Notes under the pieces: generated by a model
Told to the model about the DNA's origin: nothing
The model's database searches: none
Seen by the model: only the letters and a program-made list of their open reading frames with translations
Program-made: the position numbers and the translations under genes
Shown here: positions 39,241-51,850 of the stretch, piece after piece
Position numbering within the stretch: position 1 is the first letter of the stretch
Layout: each line of letters begins with the position of its first letter
DNA from: Felis catus
Taxonomy: Eukaryota
Length of the DNA: 64,000 nt
Assembly (NCBI RefSeq): GCF_018350175.1
Contig: NC_058368.1
Coordinates: 159,342,001 to 159,406,000, forward strand
Reading direction: 5' to 3'

Positions 39241-40473
39241 AAGAATATAAAGATTTTCTACATAACACTAACAATAAATAACATCTGATCAGAATCACTA
39301 AGCTCAAGCTGGTAAGACACTCTCTGGGGCCAAATTAAGAAGAAAAAGGAGGATTTAAGTTTGTTTCTTGTTTGGGAGCATCTGCCTGGCAATAGCTGTT
39401 CACCTCATTCCTTTGGAACTATAGGCCATTCTTTAGAGTACCTTTTTGTAATTCTGTACCTAGGAAACGTTGTTAGTATTTAGTAGGTCAGTCATTAGTG
39501 GTTGAGGGAGTTTGCCCATTACACAGGCAATGAGAAACTAGGAAAAGGGAGTTTTAACTGTCATTACCTGGAAGGTGTGTTTCTCAAATTCCAAACTGGA
39601 ATTCTGAATGAATCCCACCATAGTAACTATCTATATTTAGTAGTTATTTTCACTAAAACTCTTGTTAGGATACTGTTCTATCTATTTCAGTTATTACACA
39701 TTCATTCAAGAAACATCAATGAGCATGTTCTTTGTGAGAAACATTGGAAACTTATCCAGTATACATATTATCCCTTTGCATGGGCATGCTATGAATTCTC
39801 AGTAGATGCTTTCCACATCTGGTTTTGGATTCTGACTGTCTGAATCAGCTCAGAATAATTAGCAGAGTTCTCCCTTTGCAGGGACAAAGCAAAATCATTA
39901 TATAAAAGGTCATTTTCAGCCCTGATGAGACTAATATCTCTGGGCTTATCTTTTCACTGTCCTGTCAAGTTATTCTGACCAATATCTTCAGTTTTCATTT
40001 TGGTTGTTAGCTGGTGTGAGAGAGATACAAGAAAATGTAATAAATTTATAAGTCATTATGCATCCTCCTGGATTGATTTACATAAGAAAAGTTTTCCTGG
40101 AAGAAGAGAAGTGATAAGGAGAGATGGAGAATGCAAGAACAAAGATAGCAGAGTTTGGGGATGAAAGAAGGGGATGAGAGAGAGATAGGGGTGTGGGGAG
40201 GGGGGGACGGGGAAGAGAGAAAGCAAAAAAATTGTAGAATAGCCATGATGAGTGAGACTGAGTAGAGAGAAGAGCGAAGGGGGATTTTGCTATGTATTAG
40301 GCAATATAACCCTTCCATTGTGCCAATTTTAGAATGTTTAATAAACATTTACATTTAAAGATTCTTTTTCCTCAACATTGAAATATTCTTTTATTGTTAT
40401 TATTCCACTCAGGTAGGTTATTTAGTTACATTACTTTCCTTCTTTCTGCCTAACATCTTGTATATAAACATTC

Positions 40474-40695
40474 TTTTTTTTCAATTTTTTAAATATTTAT
40501 TTTTGAGAGAGAGAGAGAGAGAGATAGAGTGCGAGCTGGGGAGATGCAGAGAGAGAGGGAGACACAGAACCCAAAGCAGGCTCCAAGCTCTGAGCTTTCA
40601 GCAAAAGCCCAATGCAGGGCTTGAACCCACAACCCATGAGATCATGACCTGAGACAAAGTTGGATGCTTAACTGACTGAGCCACCCAGGCACCCC
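40474..40695 (-). mobile_element. Can-SINE
   Basis: TSD ttgtatataaacattct / ttgcatatcatcattct. Confidence 0.95.
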
Positions 40696-40759
40696 TTGCA
40701 TATCATCATTCTAATCAGACTGATTGTGATTTTGATTTCAGATTTGTCCCCATTATCAG

Positions 40760-40920
40760 TTGCAGGAAGCAGAAAAAATAGAAGTATTCTGGTTTCGCTC
40801 TTCCATTTTCCAGTATCCCACCAGTGCATCCCATTGACCAAGTATAGTGAGAAGCCAATGGACAAAGAAGCTAAGAAATGTAATTTGCAGAATCAATCCC
40901 CTGCAATTCAGAGCAGAGCA
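40760..40920. mobile_element. MLT1K/L-like LTR fragment
   Basis: ccagtgcatcccattgacca..gagaagccaatggacaaagaagctaagaaatgtaatttgcag. Confidence 0.6.
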
Positions 40921-41557
40921 GGTCTATTGCTATTACAGTCACTATCTGCTCATTATTGTCATGGTTATAAGCATTCTGTTCCAGATGAGGATGTAACCAA
41001 AATTTCAAATATAGGAGTCTTGAATGCTATGCTTTTATCACCTACAGCTATAGACAGTCTGTGTATCAATGCTGAAACTACAAATGGTTCTCTGAACTTG
41101 GGTCTATCACAAAGAGCACCATTACTGCTGCTCCCCCCAAAAGGACAACTTCCAGGTAAATGTACATGGCATCTACCTGGTTTCATGATTTGCACAGAAG
41201 CCAGAAAACTGGGCCGTATACTGCTTTTGCCAGTTAGTCTGCTTGTTGAAGGTACATTATCTCCAAGCAGTACCAAACAACATATTTCAGCTTCAGTACT
41301 GGAGGGTGCCTAACAGTGAGATGGGAGGATTCTGGCAGGGGCAGAATCAATGACCTGTTACTGTGTGGAGTTTTGGCCTTAATTTCAGGATACAAAGAAG
41401 AAATGACTCAATTGTGTAGATGGTGAGTTTCCCTGTGTGTGTTGAATCCATGGTAGTGACACACATCCAACTGAGAAACTGCTGAATCCTACACTATGCT
41501 AGATTTTAAGCCATGAAAAAAAAAACATCGTCTAAACTGTAAGATAAAAACAGTACA

Positions 41558-41688
41558 GGGGTGCCTGGTGGCACCCCAGTCAGTTAGGTGTCCAACTTTG
41601 GCTCAGGTCATGATCTCACACTTTGTGAGTTCGAGCCCCATGTCGGGCTCTGTGCTGACAGCTCAGAGCCAGAAGCCTGTTTCAGTTC

Positions 41689-41720
<32 letters not shown>

Positions 41721-41826
41721 TGTGTGTGTGTGTGTGTGTCTGCATGTCTGCCCATCCCCTGCTCATTCTGTCTCTGTCTGTCTCTCTCTCTCTCAAAAAT
41801 AAATAAACGTTAAAAAATTAAAAAAA
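41558..41826 (+). mobile_element. Can-SINE with internal (TG)n expansion
   Basis: SINEC head and tail, with (TG)n at 41689-41738. Confidence 0.95.
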
Positions 41827-42539
41827 GAAATGGCACAGAACTGCATTCTGTATCCTCTTTCTAATCCTAACTGTGCTCTATGACATTATTCCCTTTAGTA
41901 TTATATTCCTCACACAGATACGATTTTCACCTTCCAAAGTAATCAACCCAACTGATTTCCTCTGTGGAACTAGTTTTTGAGTTTTCTGGGTCTTTAAAGT
42001 TTGTGATATTTGCCCACTTATTTTCTTACCTCACTGCTAGGTAAGTAAGGTAGGTAAATAAGATCATATTATTCAGCAACACAGAGAGACTTGTGTTTAC
42101 ATACTGTCCACTCATGAAAACATTAATCCATTTAACTCTCCATCACAGAAATAATACACAATCCTTTGCCGACTCGATTAAAGGCACCCTCATAGAGAAT
42201 AGCTCTGCTTTCTCCTTGGTTCTTATCTACATTTCTCTTCAAATAACAACTATCTAAGCAAACTACTATCTGCCTAGGAAGATCATTAGGGCATTCTCTG
42301 GTGGACCAAAAGCTAGTACAGTGTCACAAACAAGGACCTAAGGAAGAATTCCTAGCAGGAGACCATTTCTATCAGGCTTCTTGTAAAGATGTACTACTAG
42401 TGCCTCTGTTGGAGTTGAAGGGCAGCATCTGGCTTCCATTTGGGTTACAAAGTTTACTGATTCATTCACCCCACAATCTTCTACCATTTGCTCCAAAACT
42501 GTCTGAATAATCTATTTCTTTAACATACCACCCTTCCCC

Positions 42540-43009
42540 TGAATGGATAAAGAAGATGTGGTATATATATACAATGGAGTATTACTCAGCAATCAAAAAG
42601 AATGAATCTTGCCATTTGCAACTACGTGGATGGAATTGGAGGGTATTATGCTAAGTTCAATTAGTCAGTCAGAGAAAGACAAAAATCATATGACTTTACT
42701 CATGTGAGGACTTTAAGAAACAAAATAGATGAACATAATGGAAGGGAAACAAAAATAATATAAAAACAGGGAAGGCGACAAAACAGAAAAGACTCATAAA
42801 TATGGAGAACAAACTGAGGGTTGCTGGAGGGGTTGTGGGAGAGGGGATGGGATAAATGGGTAAGGGGCACTAAGGAATCTACTCCTGAAATCATTGTCGC
42901 ACTATATGCTAACTAATTTGGATATAAATTTTTAAAAATAAAAAATAAAATAAAATAAAATAAAATAAAATAAAATAAAATAAAATAAAATAAAATAAAA
43001 TAAAATAAA
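42540..43009 (+). mobile_element. Young felid L1 3' end, 5'-truncated, (TAAAA)n tail
   Basis: Perfect 18-bp TSD aacataccacccttcccc at 42522-42539 and 43010-43027. Confidence 0.97.
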
Positions 43010-43230
43010 AACATACCACCCTTCCCCAACCAAGAAAGCAGGCAGGAAAATCTCATTCCTGCACCTCAGCACTTCAAGGACTCAACTTAAATTCTGTCCC
43101 TACCCTCATTCTGAATGTCCTTGCTCTGTTCAGATGCCTCTCATTTCTACCCTCTTTGTATGTTATGCTCCATTCCCTGCTCATTCACTGTGATTTGTGT
43201 TTTTTCTGTTTTGTTTTTGTTTTGTTTTTT

Positions 43231-43231
<1 letters not shown>

Positions 43232-43267
<36 letters not shown>
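43232..43267. repeat. (TG)n microsatellite
   Basis: Read directly from the sequence. Confidence 0.98.
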
Positions 43268-43268
<1 letters not shown>

Positions 43269-44057
43269 ATTGGACATCTGGCTTGCAGATTTTATTCTGG
43301 CCTCTGTGAAACTCTTAGGCCAGCTGTGACCCACTCCTGTGCACAGCCCAGACTCTGAGAAACACTGTGGTGAAGGTCAAGCCTCTAGGCCCTGCTTATG
43401 TAGGAGTTCATCCCAAGTAAGTATGGCTACATTTGGCTTATATGAACAACATGGTTTATGCCGAATATTGCTAGCTATTGAGTCAAAGATAAAGACATAC
43501 ATTGATCAGAGATAAAGACATACATTATTTTCTAATCTTTACTTTCTAAGTGTTCAGATTCTAAATGTTAACACACACAGACACGTACAAACTTGGTGTT
43601 TCTCTAATACTTTCCCTCTACTAATCATCCTGGGATGTTAATTAAAAAAAAATTGAACTTGATCTTCCTTAAAGAGCACTAAGAAAGCCCTCAAGTAGAG
43701 TTTTAATTGTCTCTGGAGTCACATAGTAGCTTTAAACAATTAATCCTCCTCCTTAAATATGAACAATTTTCTTTTTCCTCACCAACTGGGTAAATATTTC
43801 TATAAATTCCATCCGTGAACATTAGTTTAAAATCCAAAAGAAAACATCTTCTTATGAATTAAACATTTCCTTAATATAATTAGAGTTGAGCCACCATAAA
43901 TATACTTCATCATCCACAATATAGTAAACTAAAACCCAAATAAATGGTGTGAGATGTACCAAGTTTCATTGCAGACTTGTGTTCCCTGTATCTTTTTCTT
44001 AAACATCACTACCTTTATATTTTTTGCACCTCTCTCCTTCAATCACAACTATCTAAT

Positions 44058-44217
44058 CCAGTGTTTATAAAATTCTAATGTGAGTATAAGTCACCTGGAT
44101 ACCTTGTTAAACTACAGATTCTGAATTATGAGGCCAAGGATAGGGCTTGAGATTCTGTATTTATAGTAGAGATGATGCTGATACTCTTTATTGCAGACCA
44201 CACTTTGAGTAGCAGGT
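44058..44217. mobile_element. MER5A/B hAT-Charlie element
   Basis: cagtgttt...gtcacctggataccttgttaaactacagattctga...gggcttgagattctgtattt...gaccacactttgagtagca. Confidence 0.85.
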
Positions 44218-46203
44218 ATTTAATCAACTTCTCCATATCACCTAATAAGGCATGAAAAGTATTTCTTTTCTCTCAGATGTTGGCAGCTTTTCAGGCAATA
44301 AAGCAGAAGCCAAGTAAGAGGTCCTGTCTTGTGGAATTTCAGACAGCAGCTCTGGCCTTATGGGATCTAGAGGCAGTCGCAGTAGCCGTTCTGGGCAGCC
44401 CCCTGAACTTCCTCTTGACGGTTGTAGCCAAAGCGGCAGATACTCTGATGAGCTGGTTTTGTGGTGGTGTTCTGGTAGCATGAAGATGAAGATGCTTTTG
44501 TAAGCCAGAGAGTAGATTTGAAAACAGATAGAATTAAGATATTCTAGTCATAGTACCCACTGCAGAGTTTGAACTGTTGTGGGGACAGCTTACTTTCACT
44601 TGTTTATTAGGAGAAGGTTACTAAGTGGCTTTGACGTTTCCATGATATTGGAAACTTACATCCTTTGCAAATTGACACATGGTACAAAAGCAATAGCTGT
44701 TGAGCCTTTTGAGAAGCACACAAAGTATACACTTTCATAGGCGATTGTTTTCTCAAATCAAAATTGTAAACTTTTTATAAAAAATACATTTTCCCACAAG
44801 GGCCTAGGGTGAGCAGAGTGTCTCTGTGAGCAATGTCTGAACTAAAATGCTGCTGCCAAAGAATCAGTGCCTGGGACCATTTCAAATCTATTCAGATTCT
44901 TTGGGTTAGACCAGTCTAACTGAATTATTAATAGAACTTAAATTCTGCTCGTATCTTTTTCTTTTCTAAAATAAAAATTATCTTTGTTTAACATGTCATT
45001 TTATCATAAATTTACAGTAGTGATAACATGATGCACACAGGCTTGAGTATCTCTCTTATTAGCATCTCTAGGAGAAGAACGGCAGAATTACATTTTCATG
45101 CAAGGCTCTAAGAAATAAAAGAATGACCTAGAAGAAGATTAAAATTGGAAATGGGCTAGATTCTGGGGCTAGATACCATCTAAAAAAGGTGGTAAATCAT
45201 CCATGTTTTTCACACAGCACCACTCTGCACTGTGAAATTACCTGGGTCTTTCAGCATGCTGGCTACTTCTTTGTAAGTGGTTGAGTAAATTTATCATCTC
45301 AGTGTCATATGAGCTCACTGCTGGCACCATTTCAAGAAATCTCATTATTTTTTGATGTCTATGATGGATTAAAGATGAGAATATTGCTGGCCTAAGGGTT
45401 CGTTAGTCCTGCCTGTCATATTTGTCAGCTACAAAGCAGCTCTGCTGAAGGGTTAGGAGGGCGTTTGGGATAGTGAGCCATTAAAATGCAGTTCCATTAC
45501 TTACACTCAGTTAGATTGAGGAAATGGAGGGTAACAAGTGTGAGAGTTGTCCCATGGGATCCATTTTCTTTGTTACACACCCAGAAAAGAATAATCAAGA
45601 TGACAGCAGAAACAGCAAGAAGCTCTCTTTACGTGGGATGGCCACATCTTGTAATTTCTCACTGTGGGTGAAAAGTGCTTATTTGGGTAACCTCACAGGC
45701 AACTCTGGGAATTCTGTGGCCTGGCTATATCCTGCATGATCAGCCCTGATTCTTATAGGGAACAGACTTTGCATGGCTCTTTGGTCTCCTGGAGGCAGAA
45801 CAAGGTTGCCTGAAGTCTTCTGAGCCTAAGAACAAAGACTATCATGGCATATATTCGGTAACACACTGTGATTGGAAATATTCAAGATATTTTCAAGAAT
45901 ATTTTAAATCCCTAATAGCCTAATGTAAAATTACCTTTACGGTTTTAATTATTAATTAGCCACTGTGTTCACAAACACCATATAGTACAAGGTAAAGCAA
46001 CTGATATCTACAATGATACTGAAAAATTGATGATTGTATTCATGGTAATGCTTTCTGAGTTTATTTCTTTTACGTTCATGTAGGAGGTAATACTTATGGT
46101 TCAGATGACCCAAGGATGTAGATACCTTTGGGGATTTCTTTCCTGAAATCCAGTATAATCATTTATTGCACCAAGTAGTCTACTAGATGATAGAGAAATA
46201 GTG

Positions 46204-46445
46204 TTTTTTTGTTGTTGTTGTTGTTGTTTTAAAATTTTTTTTAACGTTTATTTATTTTTGAGACAGAGAGAGACAGAGCATGAGCGGGGGAGGGGCAGAG
46301 AGAGAGGGAGACACAGAATCAGAAACAGGCTCCAGGCTCTGAGCCATCAGCCCAGAGCCCGATGCGGGGCTCGAACTCACGGACCGCGAGATCGTGACCT
46401 GAGCTGAAGTCAGACGCTTAACCGACTGCGCCACCCAGGTGCCCC
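46204..46445 (-). mobile_element. Young Felidae SINEC
   Basis: CpG-rich body. TSD gagaaatagtg at 46193 and 46446. Confidence 0.97.
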
Positions 46446-46839
46446 GAGAAATAGTGGTTTTAAAAAAAAGCTTATAATCTATTATGGTAATTGACCTTAA
46501 ATCATCTTACACACAAATCTATACCATGTATTCTGTTCATTTCAAAGTATTTCTGAATTATTACTTTTTCTTTTCAAGATACTGTTTTGGGAATTCTGAC
46601 TAATACATATGGTAAAAACACCACCACTCTCCTAAACCAACCAACAAACACTCATCACCTTCTTGACCTGCATAATGATTATAGTCTTTTAGGAAAGAAA
46701 GACATGTAAAGAGATCATACAATATTTTGTAATATATTTTATGAAGCTGTGATTCTGTCACATTCGCTTCCCTTCTTTTCCTTTCCTTTCCTTTCCCTTC
46801 TCTTCCTTTTTTCCTTCCTTCTATTTAATTATCAAACTA

Positions 46840-47110
46840 ATTATTAGGTTGATAATACTCATCAGAGACTATGTGCCAAGTGCAGTTTGATAAGATCAAT
46901 TTCTGCTTATTATGTAGCAGACACAATGAAAATTATTTTATAAGCATTAACTCAAGCAATTTTAAAAATGGTACTATTATTATTTTTATTTTATTGATAA
47001 AGAAATTGGGACTCAGAAAGATTAAATAATTTGTGCAAATTGGTGGAAATGTTGGCTTTTGAGCAAAGATCTACGTGATTTCATAGTGTATATTCTTATC
47101 CACTATATAA
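46840..47110 (-). mobile_element. MIR
   Basis: actatgtgccaag...gtactattattatttttattttattgataaagaaattgggactcagaaagattaaataatttg. Confidence 0.75.
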
Positions 47111-48805
47111 TTATACAGGAGATCTGTGTTATATTGTGAAGTGTTTTTCAAGGAAAACATAACTTTTAGCCAAAACTGAATAAAGAGAAATTATTTCCAA
47201 AAAATGAAAATATTTATCCAAACCCTTGTCACTTAAATTCATTAACAATGTCCCAAAATCAATTAAATAACACTAATAATATATTTTAATGCCTTTTATT
47301 AAATAATAGTATAAAACAGTGTGTATATGTACAATTACATGTATATGTATGAACACGATAGAAAAACTTTAGTAAAAATATTTTTATCTTTAAAATCTTA
47401 GCTCTGGGCTTAATGGAAAATTACTGGGACCTGCTAATTTGCTGCATCAAAAACAATGGTTTTAAAAGTATAACTCAGAGAAAGTAGGACTTTGGGCAAG
47501 TAGTGGCATGTACCAGGGGAATATCCACAGTCACCTCTGTCAACTTGGCATATACATCCAGGAGGGTGGAGGGAGGAAATTTGAAGTTAGTTGAAGATCT
47601 GAAGTATCTGTCGTTTCCTTAACCTTTTTTGAGACAGTGAAGCAGGATGGAAGGATTATGTTTTCCATTATCCCACTTAATATAGAGGTCACATGATATT
47701 ATACATTAGCTCTCTTTAAGCCAAATTTTCAACGTAGTCATGCAACTGTGAAGTGTAATGACTTAGAGCTCTGTCAGTGATGTTTGAGGGAACAAAATTG
47801 GAAATTATCTACATAAGCCATTGGCTCTTATGTAGTGCTTCTGAGGGAGAAAGTGAGTGGAAAGATAGATTAGGTGCTACTTCAGGAAACATAGCCTTTA
47901 ATAGGGTTGAGCTGTTACTTGACACCTATGAGGACCACAGGGTCTGACTAAATGTGGCATTGGCTGCTGTAATGAGTTTAGGCCACTCCTGTGTATTTAA
48001 ATTCTCAGAGCTTCCCTAGCTAGGCCTGTTCCTCTACATGCACTGTGGACTCTGGCTTTAGAAACAGCTCACTCACCCACTTGCTTGGCTGTGAACATCC
48101 ATCCCGCAGGACAGGCCATTCATATCCCCTTACCCCTACAGGCTCTTGTAAGGTAAACAGGAGAACTGTTCACTTAAGGAAAAAACTGGATGTCTAAACC
48201 CCCAAGATAAACTATTCATCTCTGCCTTAATCAAAAGCCTTTTTGGTTCTTAGACAAAAAGCTTGTAAACAAGCTTAAATTTGTAGTCCTTATTTTTCAG
48301 TGTCATACATAAAATAATATGATACCCCCAAATACGATTACATGCACCCAGTGTTTCAAGAATTTAATCCCACTATACCATCCTCCATATTAATCTCTAA
48401 AGCTTTTTTTTTTTGTTCTTACATCCCTTATTCAACTGTATTCAGTAATGTACTCCATCTACACCCTTTGTCCCCTATATATGTGACTGCTGGCTATAGA
48501 ATAAAGTCTGTAGTCTAGAATATTAAGGACAAAATATTTAAGTTTCCAGAATTTTTTCCCCATAAAAATTTTCATGAGTTCAAAGATTCTTGAGTACAAG
48601 GATATTGTCTATTTTTTTTTAATTCCACAGTGCAGTATCTAGTATGATACCTCAAACATAATATGCTTTCATTAACACTTAAAAATACTTGCTTTTTTAA
48701 TATTTATTTTTTCTGTTATCAAAGCCACATTATTTTTAAAATATTAGTTAAGTTACTTATTTGGAAGTAAAGAGTATTAGCAAATGAGGATCATTTGTCC
48801 TATAA

Positions 48806-49010
48806 TTTTTTAATGTGTATTTATTTATTTTGAGAAAGAAAGAGAAAGAGGGAAAGAGAGTGCACAAGCAGGGGAGGGGCAGAGAGAGGAAGAGAGAGAA
48901 TCCCAAGTGAGCTCCGTGATGACAGCAGGGAACGCATGAACACATGAGATCATGACCTGAGCTGAAATCAAGTGTCAGGTGCTTAAATGACTGAGCCGCC
49001 CAGGCTCCCC
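48806..49010 (-). mobile_element. Can-SINE
   Basis: Antisense SINEC body. Confidence 0.93.
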
Positions 49011-49438
49011 AGGTCACATATAATTTTTTTTTAATTAAAATATTTCTAACATTTAGCTATGCTTTCTCTGTGCAATATCATGTTCTATTAAACTTTCATG
49101 ATTCATTTTTAGCTATCCATATTTTTCTAAGAATAGGAAAATGTCTATTTGGTACTAGTAAAATTTTGCTGAAGCTTAGTATTTTACACAACAGAAACAT
49201 TGTCTCTTTTCTCCCTTTAGCATAGCTGGTGTTTTTAAATACAATTTAGCCATTCTACTCTTTAAGTACCACAGAACTATGCTCTCAGGGATTTTTTTTT
49301 TCTCCTTATTTTCATCTCAAGGGTAAAGGACACTCATGTTTCCTCTGTATGTTTTCCACAAATTCCCTATATCTTTCTCTAACTGCCATAACCTGTCCTG
49401 GCATTTTCAACATTTCCTATTGAAAAATGAAAACTCTA

Positions 49439-49553
49439 GGGATGCCTGGCCAGCTCAGTCAAAGGAGCATGTGACTCTTGATCTTGGGGTTGTAAGTTCG
49501 AGTCCCACATTGGGTGTAGAGATTACTTAAATAAATAAAACTTAAAAAAAAAA
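49439..49553 (+). mobile_element. Short Can-SINE lacking the CT tract
   Basis: GGGATGCCTGGCCAGCTCAGTC...GTTCGAGTCCC (B box)...GAGATTACTTAAATAAATAAAA. Confidence 0.9.
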
Positions 49554-49783
49554 GGGGCGCCTGGGTGGCACAGTCGGTTAAGCGTCCGACTTCAGCCAGG
49601 TCACGATCTCGCGGTCCGTGAGTTCGAGCCCCGCGTCAGGCTCTGGGCTGATGGCTCGGAGCCTGAAGCCTATTTCCGATTCTGTGTCTCCCTCTCTCTC
49701 TGCCCCTCCCCTGTTCATGCTCTGTCTCTCTCTGTCCCAAAATAAATAAAAACGTTGAAAAAAAAATAAAAAAAAAAAAGAAA
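49554..49783 (+). mobile_element. Very young Felidae SINEC in the tail of the preceding SINE
   Basis: CpGs largely intact. The pair is flanked by a perfect 17-bp TSD gaaaaatgaaaactcta (49422-49438, 49784-49800). Confidence 0.97.
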
Positions 49784-50640
49784 GAAAAATGAAAACTCTA
49801 ATAAAAGTCTATTAGGTTTCTTAAGTTATTTTTATTTTCATAAAGCAAGGTGCAACTTAAATTAGTCAGATATTAATATTTTCTATTAATATCTATAATA
49901 TGGTATTATAGATGTGTATGATTATAATAAATAGCTAACTATATGCTGAAAAGTTTCATGTGAAAATAGCTATATTTCTGAAAAAGTTTAAATCAGGTGA
50001 AAGTACAGAATTTAGAGACATGCTCTGGCATTATTTGACAAAAATAAAAAATAAAAAAAAGAGAAAAGAAAGAGAGGGTCGTTCTGCCTCCAGACTCCAA
50101 CTGCATGCAAATGGCAAAATTTTGCAGTGACAGACAGTGACAGAGAGGAGAAATTAGGAATCTCCAAACCTCGGTTTACTCCAAATCTGACTTTTCTTAA
50201 GTATAAGAAACAAAATGTTAAATAATAGCGCATAAAACTAAGTGCTATATTCTCATAAATTAACGTAACCAGAACAAACATTTCATTTAAAACATCACCT
50301 GAATATTCAGTATTTATGCTTGTGGAATTATTATACAAGTTATTTGTTTTAAAAATACTATAAGTGTTTTTGTAATAATCCCATCTTAATTCCATCTTAT
50401 GAATATTATCTATACTGCACAGTGTGCACTTAATAAGTTTCACGGATATCTTGAATGTCAAGACAAAGTGCTGAGCTCTTAATTCAAAGACAAATTACTA
50501 CATTCTAAAGCTGGGATCATTAAACCAAGGAGTTGGTTATGTTTTAATAATTGAGATGAATAAATAGATGTATGAATTAAGAATTCAGAGGTTTTATTTC
50601 TCTTTTGGACTTCTCACATAAATTCTACACTTAAGTTATA

Positions 50641-50644
<4 letters not shown>

Positions 50645-50714
<70 letters not shown>
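50645..50714. repeat. (TG)n(TA)n compound microsatellite
   Basis: Read directly from the sequence. Confidence 0.97.
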
Positions 50715-50715
<1 letters not shown>

Positions 50716-51439
50716 CCCTAAAGCTTTGAATCACTCTGTATTTTATAGCCCAAATCTGTTATTTTATTTATGCCAGCTCAAAAGCATTGTGGAAAACCAT
50801 ATGAATTCAGTGACACAATTGTCCATAGTTCTTCTCCAAACTCAGTGATTAAGAGACAAGTGGTTATTTATCCCAATGTATCAGGAAGATTGTTCTGTTT
50901 CTTGTTTTGTGGTTTTAATGGCTCTGTACTCATAATGCTCATAATACTCTAGTATAAACATTTATAAATTATCATTCTCCCATGCTATTATTTATACATA
51001 AGTATTAATAAAAGGCAAATTATTTTTTATTTCAAATATTATGATATTTTCATTACATATACCAATAGACTGGGACATTAAAATACCACATGAAATGTAC
51101 AAACTACACAAATGGTAGTAGCCAAATTAATCCTGTTAAGAGGGATACATTTCAGCAAACCTGAAAGAAAAGAAAAAAAATTAAAAAATAACACAGATTT
51201 TACTTCAAACTGTCTAAATGAATAATGAGGACAATAAAATGAACCTTAATATATACTCAGTGAATTTTCATCAATCAATTCTTAAAGTGTCTGTAACTAT
51301 AAATCAGTAGTTTATTTCTGATAGCAAATTGTTTGAAGGATCAGGTCCACAAATGATAGCATTTTAAAGGCAACATAATGGTGAGTTACTGTGTATAAAA
51401 GATGTGGATCATGCAGTCACAAGTCTTGTATGCAGACAG

Positions 51440-51850
51440 CATTGATAGAGTTGGGGAAATGGGGTTAAAGGAAGTGATTGATCCAGCAAAGGAAGCTTCT
51501 ATATCTGGATAAGTTATGTCCTAGGTTGTATGAAAAATGTACAGTGGTGTCTTACTAAATCAACTTCCAAGGACGTCATATTGGATGGTAAAGGTATTCA
51601 AACATGGAAGACCACAATTTTGTAAGTGATATAAAAAGTGGGTACTTGACAGTGACTGTCCACCTAAATAGTAAAATAGACTGACAGATGATCTAAAGAC
51701 TTAGCTAAAAACCCACTCACTGATCACTAGGAGCAAATGTGAGTTTACTAAAAGCAAGTCATCCCAAATCACCTTGCTTCGTCCTTTGTGGAGTCTGTCT
51801 CAGTTGAGAGAAAAGCAGGGCCTACGCAGCAGGTCTTATTTAAATCTTTG
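51440..51850 (+). mobile_element. L3/CR1 RT-region fragment
   Basis: tgatcactaggagcaaatgtgagtttactaaaagcaagtcatcccaaatcacctt resembles the L3 segment encoding SQHGFTKNKSCQTNL. Confidence 0.65.

Noticed and set aside
40696..41313. Longest ORF (205 aa) as a single-exon gene
   Set aside because: It starts at a TTG in a SINE TSD, runs through an MLT1 fragment and has no recognisable domain. Only an internal exon-like part is kept as a candidate.
49439..49520. tRNA gene suggested by A and B boxes
   Set aside because: It is the tRNA-derived head of a SINE, with an A-tail and TSD.
50105..50112. Octamer ATGCAAAT with nearby TGACAG motifs
   Set aside because: An 8-mer is expected by chance in 64 kb of AT-rich sequence, and nothing else supports it.
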